From assembly GCA_964418385.1 (NCBI GenBank), contig CAYQLH010000002.1, positions 1 through 52,173 of the forward strand: a stretch of 52,173 nucleotides of DNA. Direction: 5' to 3'. A program made the position numbers and the translations under genes. The stretch comes from an uncultured Pseudomonadales bacterium (lineage in GTDB: Bacteria; Patescibacteriota; Microgenomatia; UBA1400; PJMF01). The stretch's first letter is position 1. Each line of letters opens with the position of its first letter. This document shows, piece after piece, positions 39,594-49,401 of this stretch. The notes below the pieces were generated by a model that was given only the letters and a program-made list of their open reading frames with translations, had not been told where the DNA came from and ran no database searches.

Positions 39594-40847
39594 ATGTTAG
39601 ATTTGGTGCGATTGTATTTAAAAGCGGGTGATGGCGGTAATGGACGAGTAGCGTTTTATCGTAACCGGCATGTACTTAAAGGTGGTCCTGTGGGTGGTGA
39701 TGGTGGTGACGGTGGTGATATTATCATCCGCGTGGATCCAAATTTAAATACCTTGCAGCATTTTTCGGGAAAGAAAAAGTTTATTGCGGCTGATGGTGAA
39801 CGGGGCGGTAAAGCCCGACAAATGGGGAAAAGGGGCGAATCAATAGAATTACTAGTACCTTCGGGAACATTGGTGTGGCTTTATCAAGAAAATCATATTT
39901 CTGCTTGGCGGCGGAGTCAACATGGAGTGCAAACTTTGGTGCGACGTGACGAATGCGAATGGGAAAAGTATTGGGTAGAAAAAGAAACTCATCCTGCGCC
40001 TGTGCGCGAGCGTGACGATATTGATGCTGATGAGCGACCTCGTTTTGCGGATTTTTTGCATGCACGGCGAGAAGACGATGAAGCGGAATACGCGCCGTTA
40101 GAAAATGGTCAGTTAACTAAATTGGTACTTTTGGATGAGAAACGGCCGGAAGTGGTAATTTGCCAAGGTGGTTTTGGTGGTCGCGGCAATGACACTTTTA
40201 AATCTGCGAGTAATACCACGCCCATGGAAGCGGAATATGGCACGTGGGGTGAACAAAAAATAATTTTTTTGGAATTGAAACTTTTGGCCAATATTGGTTT
40301 GGTTGGTTTACCCAATGCGGGTAAAAGTACTTTGATTTCAGTGTTGACAAAAGCGAAACCAAAGATCGCCGATTATCCGTTTACAACACTGCAACCACAT
40401 TTGGGAGTTTTGGATTATGGTGATGGACGCAGTCTTGTTTTAGCTGATATACCAGGATTAATTGACGGAGCAAGTGAAGGGCGCGGTTTGGGATTTGAGT
40501 TTTTGCGGCACTTGGATAATTGCAAAGCATTAGTGGTGATGTTGAGTTTGGAGAACGAAAAAGTTTTTGATAAAACTTTAAGTACAATGCAAAAAGCGAA
40601 ATTGTTGCGAGTGCAATTGCAGACTTTGATGAATGAGTTGGGCGATTATAGTGAGCAACTTGCAAGTAAAAAAATATTATTGGCAATTAATAAAATTGAT
40701 TTGTATGCGTCGGAATTAATAGCAGCGATTAAAAATGAATTTGAGAGCGAAAGTGAAAATTTGGTATTAATTTCTGCAGCGACGGGCGTGGGAATAGCTG
40801 AGCTTAAAGAAAAATTTTGGCGCGCGTTTGCTGATGACGGTGTGTGA
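39594..40847 (+). CDS. obg: GTPase ObgE/CgtA with an insertion in the Obg-fold domain
   Basis: AGDGGNGRVAFYRNRHVLKGGPVGGDGGDGGDIII..., GGFGGRGN, G1 motif GLVGLPNAGKST, DIPGLI, and NKID. Confidence 0.95.
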   Translation: MLDLVRLYLKAGDGGNGRVAFYRNRHVLKGGPVGGDGGDGGDIIIRVDPNLNTLQHFSGKKKFIAADGERGGKARQMGKRGESIELLVPSGTLVWLYQENHISAWRRSQHGVQTLVRRDECEWEKYWVEKETHPAPVRERDDIDADERPRFADFLHARREDDEAEYAPLENGQLTKLVLLDEKRPEVVICQGGFGGRGNDTFKSASNTTPMEAEYGTWGEQKIIFLELKLLANIGLVGLPNAGKSTLISVLTKAKPKIADYPFTTLQPHLGVLDYGDGRSLVLADIPGLIDGASEGRGLGFEFLRHLDNCKALVVMLSLENEKVFDKTLSTMQKAKLLRVQLQTLMNELGDYSEQLASKKILLAINKIDLYASELIAAIKNEFESESENLVLISAATGVGIAELKEKFWRAFADDGV

Positions 40848-41116
40848 TTTTAAGTGGTGAGAGTAAAAACATTTTGTAATGTACAAATAAGCGGTGCAAA
40901 AGTATAGCTGCACATATTTTATCGTAGTGGAAGTCAAAAATGGCGTTTTGGGGTGTTTAAATTGATGGCAAAAAAGACGCTGTGGAAGCGCAAAATGGGC
41001 GAAGCGACTCTGTTTTACAATAATTATATAGTTATAGGATTAAATTGTAAAGTGACAATAATTTATATTATAGGAAGAAAAGAATTAGAGCAGCTAAGGG
41101 TTGTAAATCCATCTAT

Positions 41117-41154
41117 AAATTAGAAATTAAAAATTCAACTCGAAATTATAAATT
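41117..41154 (+). repeat. AAATT heptad tract, third locus
   Basis: AAATT occurs at 41117, 41124 and 41131, and again at 41143 and 41150. The preceding taaatccatcta resembles gaaatccttcta at 31591-31602. Confidence 0.6.
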
Positions 41155-41547
41155 ATAAAAGGGGCGCTGTGAGGGTAAAAAGGGGTTATTGCGCGTTGTT
41201 TGGGCTTTGCGAGGGGCTTTTGGACGTCGTTTGTGAGTCGTTTGTACTCCAGAGGGCGGACAACGGCGTGGTTGGAGTGCATGGCAATTGTGATAAACGA
41301 GTATGATCAAACGGTCAGAAACGATAAAAATGGGCAAATTCTGGCATTGACGGCTTGATAAGTGCCGTTGGCTTTGCAAAACATAATTTGTATTGGAGAA
41401 AGTGGCGGCAGCGATTTTGAGGCCAAATATTGAAAATTATGACCTCAGGTTTTGCAACCGATAGTAATTCTTGGTGAGTGCCAGATGGCCAGTAAGTGAA
41501 CGAGTAATTTTTATCTACAAATAATGGAAAAAAATCCTATTTATACC

Positions 41548-41577
41548 AAAAATGCACCTTTGAAAAGGTGCATTTTT
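41548..41577 (-). terminator. Strong bidirectional intrinsic terminator after the TPR membrane protein gene
   Basis: AAAAATGCACCTT, TGAA, AAGGTGCATTTTT form a perfect 13-bp stem with A/T runs on both sides. It lies 17 nt downstream of the stop at 41594. Confidence 0.8.
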
Positions 41578-41593
41578 GGAGTTGGTCTCTTAT

Positions 41594-43453
41594 TTATTCA
41601 CCCAAGGAATCAAGAATCATTTGGACTTGCGCGTAGTCATCGCTGTCGGCCTCGAGAAGTTGGAGGGTATTGGTGTAAGCGGAGCGCGCTTGATCGAGAT
41701 TACCTTGCTCTTGATAAAAGGCGGCAAGTTGATAGTTGCTTTGGGCATAATTGGGGTTAATTTTGAGAGCAGTTTGGTAAAATTTCAAGGCGTCATCAAA
41801 ACGGCCAACGCTTTGGTAGAAACCACCGAGGCTGAGAAGAATATCGGGATTAGTGGATTGGTAGAGACTGGCAGTGGTGTAGGCAGAAATGATTTTAGCG
41901 GCTTGGGCTTCGATATCTTTTTCATCTACGAAGTAGGCATAACCTTGACGCAAGATTTCTGCGTAAGCGTAGTAATTGTTGGCGTGGAGCGGTTCAAGAG
42001 CAATAGCTTTTTCGGCTAAGGCAAGCGCTTGATTGAAGTGCGCAATAGCGGCGTCTTGATTATCGTCAACGCTGTCGAGCATGAGCTCCGTTTGAAGGCC
42101 GGCATTGTAGAGGTTGATGAAGTCAATACGACCAGCCATAGCGAGCGCTGTTTGAGCGTGACTGAGGGTGCCTTGACTGTCTTGGTGGTCATAAGCTTCA
42201 ATGGAAAGTTTGTAGTGGAGAAAGCCTTGGTAATTTTGTGACAGGCAGAAAGCCACAAAAGCGAGCACGCAGGCCATGATGCTACTTGCTGTCAGCGAGA
42301 TAATCCGAACATAATCGTGTTTCTCGGCGTCTTGCTCACTGCGATCGGTGGAAATAGTGGTGGAGTTAAAGTTGATCAGAAGCTGCTTGTTTTTATTGGT
42401 CGCAAATGCAATAATTATTGCTTGAATGATCAAGATTAATGGATAAATTGGGGTAAATAATTGAACACAGAAAGTAGTCAAGAGAATAAAGTAGAGATCG
42501 CGATAGGGATTGTTTTGATCAAAACAAAGCCAAATGGTTTGCGCGACGAGAACCAGCCAGACGATTAAAGCAAGGCCGCCATACATGGTGAAAATGGTTA
42601 ACGGCGCGGAATAAGCTTGGTGAAATTGTCCCAAGTGAGTAATATCGCCATCTTGGCCGAAGTGGTCATAAACATCAGCGTAGTCTTGAGCTTGGCTGCC
42701 GAAAAGCAAGGTTTTGTAATTTAGGCGAGAATTTTCTGTGAGCTGGCGAGCAGCGGTTGTGAGAGAAGCGCCAAAGCTGGGGGTGATGGGGGTAGCTTGG
42801 AAGTCCAAGTAAAGTGTGAGGATTAAACCAATGATAAAAACCGGAAGAGCGAACAATTGTGGACCTTTAAACTTGTTTTTTTTGAAAAAACCAGCAGTGC
42901 AGATGGCGATACCGATCAGTGTGAGGGAAAGGTTGAGCCCTGGTTCATAAATGGCACTTACAAAGGAGGGCGGGAAAACAGAGCCGAAACTTTGAATGAG
43001 GGCGATGACAGCAGCGAAAGTGGAGAAAATGGAAATACCAAGAATGGTGTTGGTGGCAATGCGGTTGTCAATGATTTTGATCAGAGTGGTGGAGAAGAAA
43101 GCCAAAGTGCAGGCGGCGATAATGATGCCCCCCAAAGATAAAAAAGATTTTGCGGCGTGGAAAGGCGATTGCACTAGAAGTGAAAGGCAAACAAAACCCG
43201 CAAGGAGAACTAAACTTAGAGAAAGAGGGGAGAGATTAAAATAAAGCTTTTTGCGGCGAAAAACGGTGACCAAAAAATAGGCAAAAATGAGCAGCGCTGT
43301 GGCAAAAAAGGTAAGAGTTTTGAGACTGGCAGGGTAAAAGTCGAAATAGTTGGGTAAAAGCAGGACTGCTAGTAAACCACCGGCGATTGTCAGCACAGTG
43401 GCCATACTTGATAGGGAATTTGTTTTGCTTGTATTTGTCATAATGTGCTCCAT
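41594..43453 (-). CDS. Polytopic membrane protein, O-antigen-ligase-like (Wzy_C-type) N-part fused to C-terminal TPR repeats
   Basis: About 11 TM segments, with QFHQAYSAPLTIFTMYGGLALIVW resembling the Wzy_C H-x-x-Y/L region. The C-terminal ~230 aa show TPR periodicity (...GRFDDALKFYQTALKINPNYAQSNYQLAAFYQEQGNLDQARSAYTNTL...). Start is ATG 43453 or, from -10 geometry, ATG 43441. Confidence 0.55.
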   Translation of the reverse strand: MEHIMTNTSKTNSLSSMATVLTIAGGLLAVLLLPNYFDFYPASLKTLTFFATALLIFAYFLVTVFRRKKLYFNLSPLSLSLVLLAGFVCLSLLVQSPFHAAKSFLSLGGIIIAACTLAFFSTTLIKIIDNRIATNTILGISIFSTFAAVIALIQSFGSVFPPSFVSAIYEPGLNLSLTLIGIAICTAGFFKKNKFKGPQLFALPVFIIGLILTLYLDFQATPITPSFGASLTTAARQLTENSRLNYKTLLFGSQAQDYADVYDHFGQDGDITHLGQFHQAYSAPLTIFTMYGGLALIVWLVLVAQTIWLCFDQNNPYRDLYFILLTTFCVQLFTPIYPLILIIQAIIIAFATNKNKQLLINFNSTTISTDRSEQDAEKHDYVRIISLTASSIMACVLAFVAFCLSQNYQGFLHYKLSIEAYDHQDSQGTLSHAQTALAMAGRIDFINLYNAGLQTELMLDSVDDNQDAAIAHFNQALALAEKAIALEPLHANNYYAYAEILRQGYAYFVDEKDIEAQAAKIISAYTTASLYQSTNPDILLSLGGFYQSVGRFDDALKFYQTALKINPNYAQSNYQLAAFYQEQGNLDQARSAYTNTLQLLEADSDDYAQVQMILDSLGE

Positions 43454-44577
43454 TATATGAGAACGGCGACATTTTGCAAGAGGAAGGCATGTTTGCAGAG
43501 GCAGATAGAGAAAATTTGCCTGGTAGTAAATAATTTTCAAACGTTGGCAGTGAGGCAGTAAAGTTTCGGTGATGAAATTGACAGGTTTTGGTGAGCTGAC
43601 AATGCATGCGGGAATAAATTATTCTATGTAAAATATGCAATAATAATTTTTTTGCAAAAATTGCGACAATAGACCAGATTATGCAAGAATAATGCGTAAA
43701 TAATTTGCTAAGTAAAGAATGGAAAAAATGAGATTGCAAAAATAGTGCAGTAATTAAATGAGCAAATTTGTAGAAAAACCAATGACAAAAATAGCATTTG
43801 TGCGAAATAAATCTGTCTAACACACTTGCGCGAACAGGAGGGAGCCTGGGGTACGACATGAGGTACATTATTAGTAGAAGAATTGACGTCAAGAAAACTA
43901 GCCAGGATAAGCGAATCAAGAGCGTAAGAGGCATAATTTCGGTTGAGAGTAGGGTGAAACTGGCAAATTGACGAGTGCACAGTTGCGGGATTGTTTAGTT
44001 GCTTTTTAAAAGGGCAAAAGCGAAAAGTCTAACACACACTGGCCGTCAAGAAAGAGCGAAAAATGCTATGCCTGAAGCTAGCAGGGTATTGTGATAACTG
44101 CTAAAAATCAAACTTTATTGTTTTTGTTGATAATACAGCAACATTTTCAATGTTGATTTTGCGCTGATGAAATCTAGCTGTGGATACTGTCTTTGAGCGA
44201 TGTTTGGGGTTGGCGGCGGTGTCTTTTTCGGTATTATTGAGTGAATATCTAGGGTGTAAGTAGCAAACAAGCTGCAGGCAAAAGTTGAGTCAATAAAGAA
44301 GATTTGGAGTTTTGCAATCAAAAAAGCGGCTTTAGGTGAAATTTTCGCTTTGCGGATGGCAATTTGATGCAAAATATAGAAAAGTAAATTTAATGCCTTT
44401 AATATTATACTTTAAACTTTTGCGTTAATTCGTTACCAGATGTTGCGGAAATAAAGCGTTAAATATGCGGTAATAATTAGAGGATGTATATTTTATCCAA
44501 TTATGTCAAAAAAAGTTCTCTTCGGTTAATTTTTGTGAAATAATTTGAAATGTTTGGGCGTATAATTTGAAAATGAT

Positions 44578-45246
44578 ATGAAAGAAATAACACGCTTGAT
44601 TTTAGCCAAAAAGTTTTATATTTATTTTGTGTCTACTTTGGTATTAATTCTGGCTTTAGTAACACTCGGTTATCAGCTTTGGAATTATATACAAAGTGCT
44701 GACGCCCCAAAACTGGCGAATCATGAAATAGAGACGGAATTACCGGAGTTGTCGAATACGAAAGAAGCAACAACTGTCTCTGTAGAACAGGAAGTTACTT
44801 TCATTATGGTGGATATTGGCGGCGCCGTGCAACGACCTGGTGTGTATGCTTTGCCTGAAAATTCATATTTGGCTGATTTGGTCCAAAAAGCCGGCGGATT
44901 TAGAACAGATGTTCTGGACTCGCACTTAGTACAGAAACAGCTAAATTTGGCCCAAATACTCAAAAATGGCGAGAAGTATTATATTCCTTATCGTGGTGAA
45001 ACCTGGTCATCCACAGGAACCAATGCGAGCAATGTGACTACTTCAAGCAATACTAGTGCGAGCACAGGTTTGATTTCAGTAAACAATGCCGATTCAGCAA
45101 CGTTACAAACGTTAAAAGGCATTGGTGAATCAAGGGCACAAGCAATTATTGATAACAGACCTTATACAGTGATTAGTGACCTAGTTGCAAAAGGTGCGAT
45201 TACCCAGTCCGTTTTTAATAATATTCAGGATTTGATTTCAATTTAA
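44578..45246 (+). CDS. comEA: Competence protein ComEA (TM, SLBB domain, helix-hairpin-helix DNA-binding domain)
   Basis: SLBB part is VDIGGAVQRPGVYALPENSYLADLVQKAGG. HhH part is ISVNNADSATLQTLKGIGESRAQAIIDNRPY. TATAAT 44561-44566 lies 11 nt before the ATG. Confidence 0.85.
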   Translation: MKEITRLILAKKFYIYFVSTLVLILALVTLGYQLWNYIQSADAPKLANHEIETELPELSNTKEATTVSVEQEVTFIMVDIGGAVQRPGVYALPENSYLADLVQKAGGFRTDVLDSHLVQKQLNLAQILKNGEKYYIPYRGETWSSTGTNASNVTTSSNTSASTGLISVNNADSATLQTLKGIGESRAQAIIDNRPYTVISDLVAKGAITQSVFNNIQDLISI

Positions 45247-45274
45247 TTTTCGGTTAAATGAACACTTAGAATTT

Positions 45275-46633
45275 ATGAAAAAACATGATAGATATAAATA
45301 TACATTGATGTTTATTGTAGCGTTAATTTTGGCTGTAGTTTTTCGAGTCTATTTTTACACCCGAAACCTTAATTTGACCGAACGTTCGGTAGTGTCGTTT
45401 GAATACTTTCTTGCTGCGCATGATGATAAATGTAATTTCCAGACAAATAACGGTTACGAGTTTAAATGGCCTCATTGCGAGAATTATACTATAGGTGAAT
45501 ATTATACGATACTTGGCAGTGCTACTGCAATGTCTGATAATAGTAATTATGGCTATATATCTGTGGATGTATCGGAAATATCCTTACTTTCTGTAAAGAA
45601 ATTTTCGCTAAAAGGTACTTTGCGGTTAATATTTGGATATCTGATTTTGCCTATAAGAAATGTGGCTTATCGGATGAAATCTATTTTAGCTCGATATTTG
45701 GCAGGTGATAGTTTATCTTTAGTTTTGGGGCTTGTTTTGGGGTCGCGTTTTGCCGATTTTAGCCAGGAAATGAGGTCTTTAATTAAAGATTTAGGACTTT
45801 CACATATGGTGGCTGTATCTGGATTTCACCTTTCTGTGGTGTATTTGATACTTGCAAATTATTTTGCTAAATGGCAGCGTCCTAAACTTTCTTTTGTGAT
45901 CGTTGTTTTATTTTTAGCCTGGTACACCGTCCTTGTTAGCAATCCTGCATCTTTACTGCGAGCTCTTTTTATGCTCGTTTTTAGCCTTATAGGTCGCATT
46001 TTTTTCAAAAAACGTCCCATATCTCTTTTTATTTTTGTTCAAGTTTTTGCTTTATTGGTATTAATATCGGCTTCTTTTCTCTTCAACGTTGGTTTTCTGC
46101 TGAGTTTCGCCTCGACGCTTGGTGTTTTGTTGGTCGGACGTTTAGACTTCTTTTCTTCAAGTCAACCTGGTGTTTCCAGTCTGGCGGACTCTAGATTTAA
46201 GTTGTTGTTTTCGTCTGTTGACTTCATTAAAGGGTCTATTTTGACGTCTTTGGCAGCGCAACTAACATCTTTACCTGTTTTACTTAATTGTTTTGGTGAG
46301 ATTTCACCATTCGGTTTTCTTTCTTGTTTACTTTTTTCTGGTTGGATTGGGTTAATTGTATCATGGAGTGTGCCCTTGATGTTTATAGCCTGGTTTTTCG
46401 GTCTATTTTTCCATTTTATTATTACTTTTTTGGGGCCATACTTTTTGTTTTTAGGTGATGTTGTAAATCTTTTGATCTATGTTTTAGAGTTTTCATCACG
46501 GTATATCGGTGTACTTCTAGTATTTGAACATAAATTTTCATCAATTGAAGTTTTTGTGTATTTTTCGTTTCTCTTTGCGTTGGTATGGTTAAGCCGACGG
46601 CGTTCACAAGTTGTGGTCAATTATGTCTTTTAA
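45275..46633 (+). CDS. comEC: ComEC/Rec2 membrane channel part (DUF4131-like N-domain plus competence domain), lacking the MBL domain
   Basis: ...LSLVLGLVLGSRFADFSQEMRSLIKDLGLSHMVAVSGFHLSVVYLI... is the conserved ComEC competence-domain signature. The protein is multi-TM throughout and ends at TAA 46631-46633. Confidence 0.8.
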   Translation: MKKHDRYKYTLMFIVALILAVVFRVYFYTRNLNLTERSVVSFEYFLAAHDDKCNFQTNNGYEFKWPHCENYTIGEYYTILGSATAMSDNSNYGYISVDVSEISLLSVKKFSLKGTLRLIFGYLILPIRNVAYRMKSILARYLAGDSLSLVLGLVLGSRFADFSQEMRSLIKDLGLSHMVAVSGFHLSVVYLILANYFAKWQRPKLSFVIVVLFLAWYTVLVSNPASLLRALFMLVFSLIGRIFFKKRPISLFIFVQVFALLVLISASFLFNVGFLLSFASTLGVLLVGRLDFFSSSQPGVSSLADSRFKLLFSSVDFIKGSILTSLAAQLTSLPVLLNCFGEISPFGFLSCLLFSGWIGLIVSWSVPLMFIAWFFGLFFHFIITFLGPYFLFLGDVVNLLIYVLEFSSRYIGVLLVFEHKFSSIEVFVYFSFLFALVWLSRRRSQVVVNYVF

Positions 46634-47597
46634 GTTCAAATTTTGTCTACTGGTGTTGATATGGTTGACATGGTGGGTTAAAGATTGGTGGCAGACGCAA
46701 ACACTACTGAATGAGACAAAGATAGTTTTTTGTGATGTGGGACAAGGAGATGCTATTTTTGTTGCACACAAAAATATGCAACTATTGATCGATGGTGGCC
46801 CTAATTCTAGCGTCCTTGCATGCTTGCAACGTGAAATGCCGCATAGTGACCACACAATTGAGACTGTGATCCTCACTCACGCTGATGCCGATCATTTTTC
46901 GGGTTTGATTGGTGTTTTTAGCAATTATGAAGTCGGTGAGCTGATAATTAATAATGCGCCTAAGGCGTCACCAGAGTACTATGATTTCTATAAAGCAGTA
47001 TGGCAGCAGCTTAAACGTGGGTCTTTGAATGTTCACACTCCACAGTTTGGTGAGCAGTGGTGTCTGAGTGCGCAAATTTGCGTGCAAATTTTAAGTAATT
47101 CGGAGAATATTTTACCTGTTGATATTTACCAAAACTTCGTCGATTTTGCCTCTTTTAGCGCTTTGTTGGCTAAATTTGTTCGTCCTTCTTATAGTTATAA
47201 TGATGGATCTATCGTTGTAAAATTGCAAATTGATCAATTTTCTATATTATTGACTGGTGATGCCGAACATTTGCAGGAATTAGCACTCATAGATGGTGGT
47301 CTGCTAACAGATGTTGATATATTAAAAATGGGGCACCACGGGTCAAAATCCTCTTCTTCGGTTGAATTTTTGGGTCTGGTAAAACCCGAAATATGCATAG
47401 TTTCGTGTGGTCGTAATAATTCTTATGGTCATCCGCATCGTGATGCTTTGATACGCGCGGGTGAGTACTGTACGAATTTATACCGCACTGACGAAATGGG
47501 TTGGTTGAAATTGGTTTCCAAAAATGATGGCATTTGGTATTGGGAAACTGAACGTGTAGCACCAACGGAGACGGAATATTGGTTAGGTCAGACTTAA
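46623..47597 (+). CDS. comEC: ComEC C-terminal metallo-beta-lactamase-fold domain encoded as a separate, overlapping ORF (one N-terminal TM)
   Basis: VFCDVGQGDAIFV...LIDGG...ILTHADADHFSGL...LLTGDAEH...MGHHGSKSSSS...SCGRNNSYGHPH matches the HxHxDH-type MBL motifs of ComEC. ATG 46623 (or TTG 46611) overlaps the upstream ORF by 11 (or 23) nt in a different frame. Confidence 0.8.
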   Translation: MSFKFKFCLLVLIWLTWWVKDWWQTQTLLNETKIVFCDVGQGDAIFVAHKNMQLLIDGGPNSSVLACLQREMPHSDHTIETVILTHADADHFSGLIGVFSNYEVGELIINNAPKASPEYYDFYKAVWQQLKRGSLNVHTPQFGEQWCLSAQICVQILSNSENILPVDIYQNFVDFASFSALLAKFVRPSYSYNDGSIVVKLQIDQFSILLTGDAEHLQELALIDGGLLTDVDILKMGHHGSKSSSSVEFLGLVKPEICIVSCGRNNSYGHPHRDALIRAGEYCTNLYRTDEMGWLKLVSKNDGIWYWETERVAPTETEYWLGQT

Positions 47598-47620
47598 GTT
47601 TGTGTAGTATAATATAGTCT

Positions 47621-49393
47621 ATGGTTGCGTCAGATGATGTTGAAGATTTTTTGAGTTCTTGCTTTGTGAGCGCTGTCAAGAGCTTGTCTGGATTCTCTCT
47701 GGAGAGGGTTGATTTTGATGTTCCACATGCGACTGAATATGGTGATTTAACGACCAATGTAGCAATGGCGACTTTTGCGCAGTTGGACCAACAGCTGAAA
47801 GCACAGTACACTTCGCCGCGAGCTTGGGCGAGTGCAATAACTGATAAAATTTATGAATTGAATACAAATTTTGAACATAAGTTAGTTGTGGCTGGACCTG
47901 GATTTATCAATATTTTTTTAAAATTTGATGTAAAATTGTCTAGACTTATTGATTTGCTAACACCCATTGCTTGTGATGTGGGTGGTCAAACGTATATCGT
48001 GGAATACTCCTCTCCCAATGTGGCCAAGCCTTTTACAGTTGGGCATTTGCGATCGACCGTGATTGGCGACGCCATCGCTAATTTGCTTAAGGCTGTGGGA
48101 TACAAGGTGAGGCGTGATAATCACTTGGGAGATTGGGGGACACAGTTCGCCAAACAAATTGTGGCAATAGAGAAATGGTCTAGTTGGGAAGCAATTGCGC
48201 GTACACAGAATCCGATTAAGGAGATGGTGGCTTTGTACGTGCGTTTTCACCAAGAGGCAGAGCGAGATCCATCTTTGGAGACTGAAGCTCGCGCAATTTT
48301 TGTGAATATGGAGGCTGGTGATGAGCATTATTTACAACTCTGGCAGGAAATTGTGCAATTGTCGTTAACAGAATTTGAACGAATATATAATATTCTTGGC
48401 GTTCGATTCGATGAGAATGATGGTCGCGGTTATGGAGAAAGTTTTGCTCGAGATAAGACTGATGCCGTCGTGGCGGAGCTTCGTCAAAAAGAACTTTTGC
48501 ATGAAAGTGAAGGAGCGCAGGTGGTTCTCTTTCCGGAAGGAGAGAAGCTACCACCGTTTTTAATCTTGAAAAAGGATGGTTCCACGCTGTACCAGACTCG
48601 CGATTTGGCGATGGATCGGTGGCGACGGGAAACATACGGTCCAGACGTAGTCGTGATTAACGAAGTTGGACGCGAACAAACGCTAAATTTCCGCCAGTTG
48701 TATCGAGTAGAGGAAATGTTGGACTGGTTTAAGCCTGGACAGCGGATACATGTCGCTCACGGATTGTATCGTTTTGCTGACAGAAAAATGTCGACTCGCA
48801 AGGGTGAAGTGGTGTGGTTGGACGATATTATTGAACAGGCGCGGGCGCGAGTGCGTGAAATTGCTAGCGAAGAGTTGACACCTCAAGACGTGGATGCGAT
48901 TGCAGTGGGAGCGATCAAGTGGAATGATTTGATGCGGGAGCCTATATTGGATATTACGTTTGATTTTACAGCGGCAATTAATTTAAATGGTAATTGCGGG
49001 CCATATATGCAGTACACTGCTTGTCGAGCAGTGTCTGTTTTGAAAAAGGCGAATTTGACCGTTTTAAATCAAAATGACAGAAAATCAGCGGTTTATAGGG
49101 AAAATTTGCAAAGCCTCTTGCAAAATGTGACGGCAGAGACTTGGAGACAGGAAGAATGGCGAGTGGCGGATAAAATTGCTGTTTACAAACGCGCCAAAGC
49201 AAGAGCAGCAGCAAATCTGGCACCAAACATTTTGGCGGTCTATTTGTATGAATTGGCACAATCTTTTAACAATTATTATGTGCAGCAAAAAATTGGTAAT
49301 GATCAAGCCCGGTTGACGTTGACGGCATTGGTTGTCTGGGTGCTTGAGGAAGGACTGGGGATTTTGGGGATCAGAATTCCTGAAAAGATGTAA
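47621..49393 (+). CDS. argS: Arginine--tRNA ligase
   Basis: SSPNVAKPFTVGHLRSTVIGDAI is the class-I HIGH region of ArgRS. It is followed by DWGTQF, MSTRKG (KMSKS-like) and a DALR-type anticodon-binding C-terminus. TATAAT 47608-47613 lies 7 nt before the ATG. Confidence 0.95.
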   Translation: MVASDDVEDFLSSCFVSAVKSLSGFSLERVDFDVPHATEYGDLTTNVAMATFAQLDQQLKAQYTSPRAWASAITDKIYELNTNFEHKLVVAGPGFINIFLKFDVKLSRLIDLLTPIACDVGGQTYIVEYSSPNVAKPFTVGHLRSTVIGDAIANLLKAVGYKVRRDNHLGDWGTQFAKQIVAIEKWSSWEAIARTQNPIKEMVALYVRFHQEAERDPSLETEARAIFVNMEAGDEHYLQLWQEIVQLSLTEFERIYNILGVRFDENDGRGYGESFARDKTDAVVAELRQKELLHESEGAQVVLFPEGEKLPPFLILKKDGSTLYQTRDLAMDRWRRETYGPDVVVINEVGREQTLNFRQLYRVEEMLDWFKPGQRIHVAHGLYRFADRKMSTRKGEVVWLDDIIEQARARVREIASEELTPQDVDAIAVGAIKWNDLMREPILDITFDFTAAINLNGNCGPYMQYTACRAVSVLKKANLTVLNQNDRKSAVYRENLQSLLQNVTAETWRQEEWRVADKIAVYKRAKARAAANLAPNILAVYLYELAQSFNNYYVQQKIGNDQARLTLTALVVWVLEEGLGILGIRIPEKM

Positions 49394-49401
49394 GGAGGAG
49401 T

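Noticed and set aside
41146-41379. 77-aa minus-strand ORF in the obg-downstream spacer
   Set aside because: It is R/P/Q/S-rich with no -10 or SD, and it overlaps the repeat-family copy C. It is most likely non-coding.
43236-44372. ORFs 43236..43934 (232 aa), 43708..43980 and 44115..44372 on the minus strand
   Set aside because: They overlap the real membrane-protein gene start or each other and lie in AT-rich DNA. Their products are F/L/I/S/H/C-rich nonsense-like sequences without promoter or SD signals.
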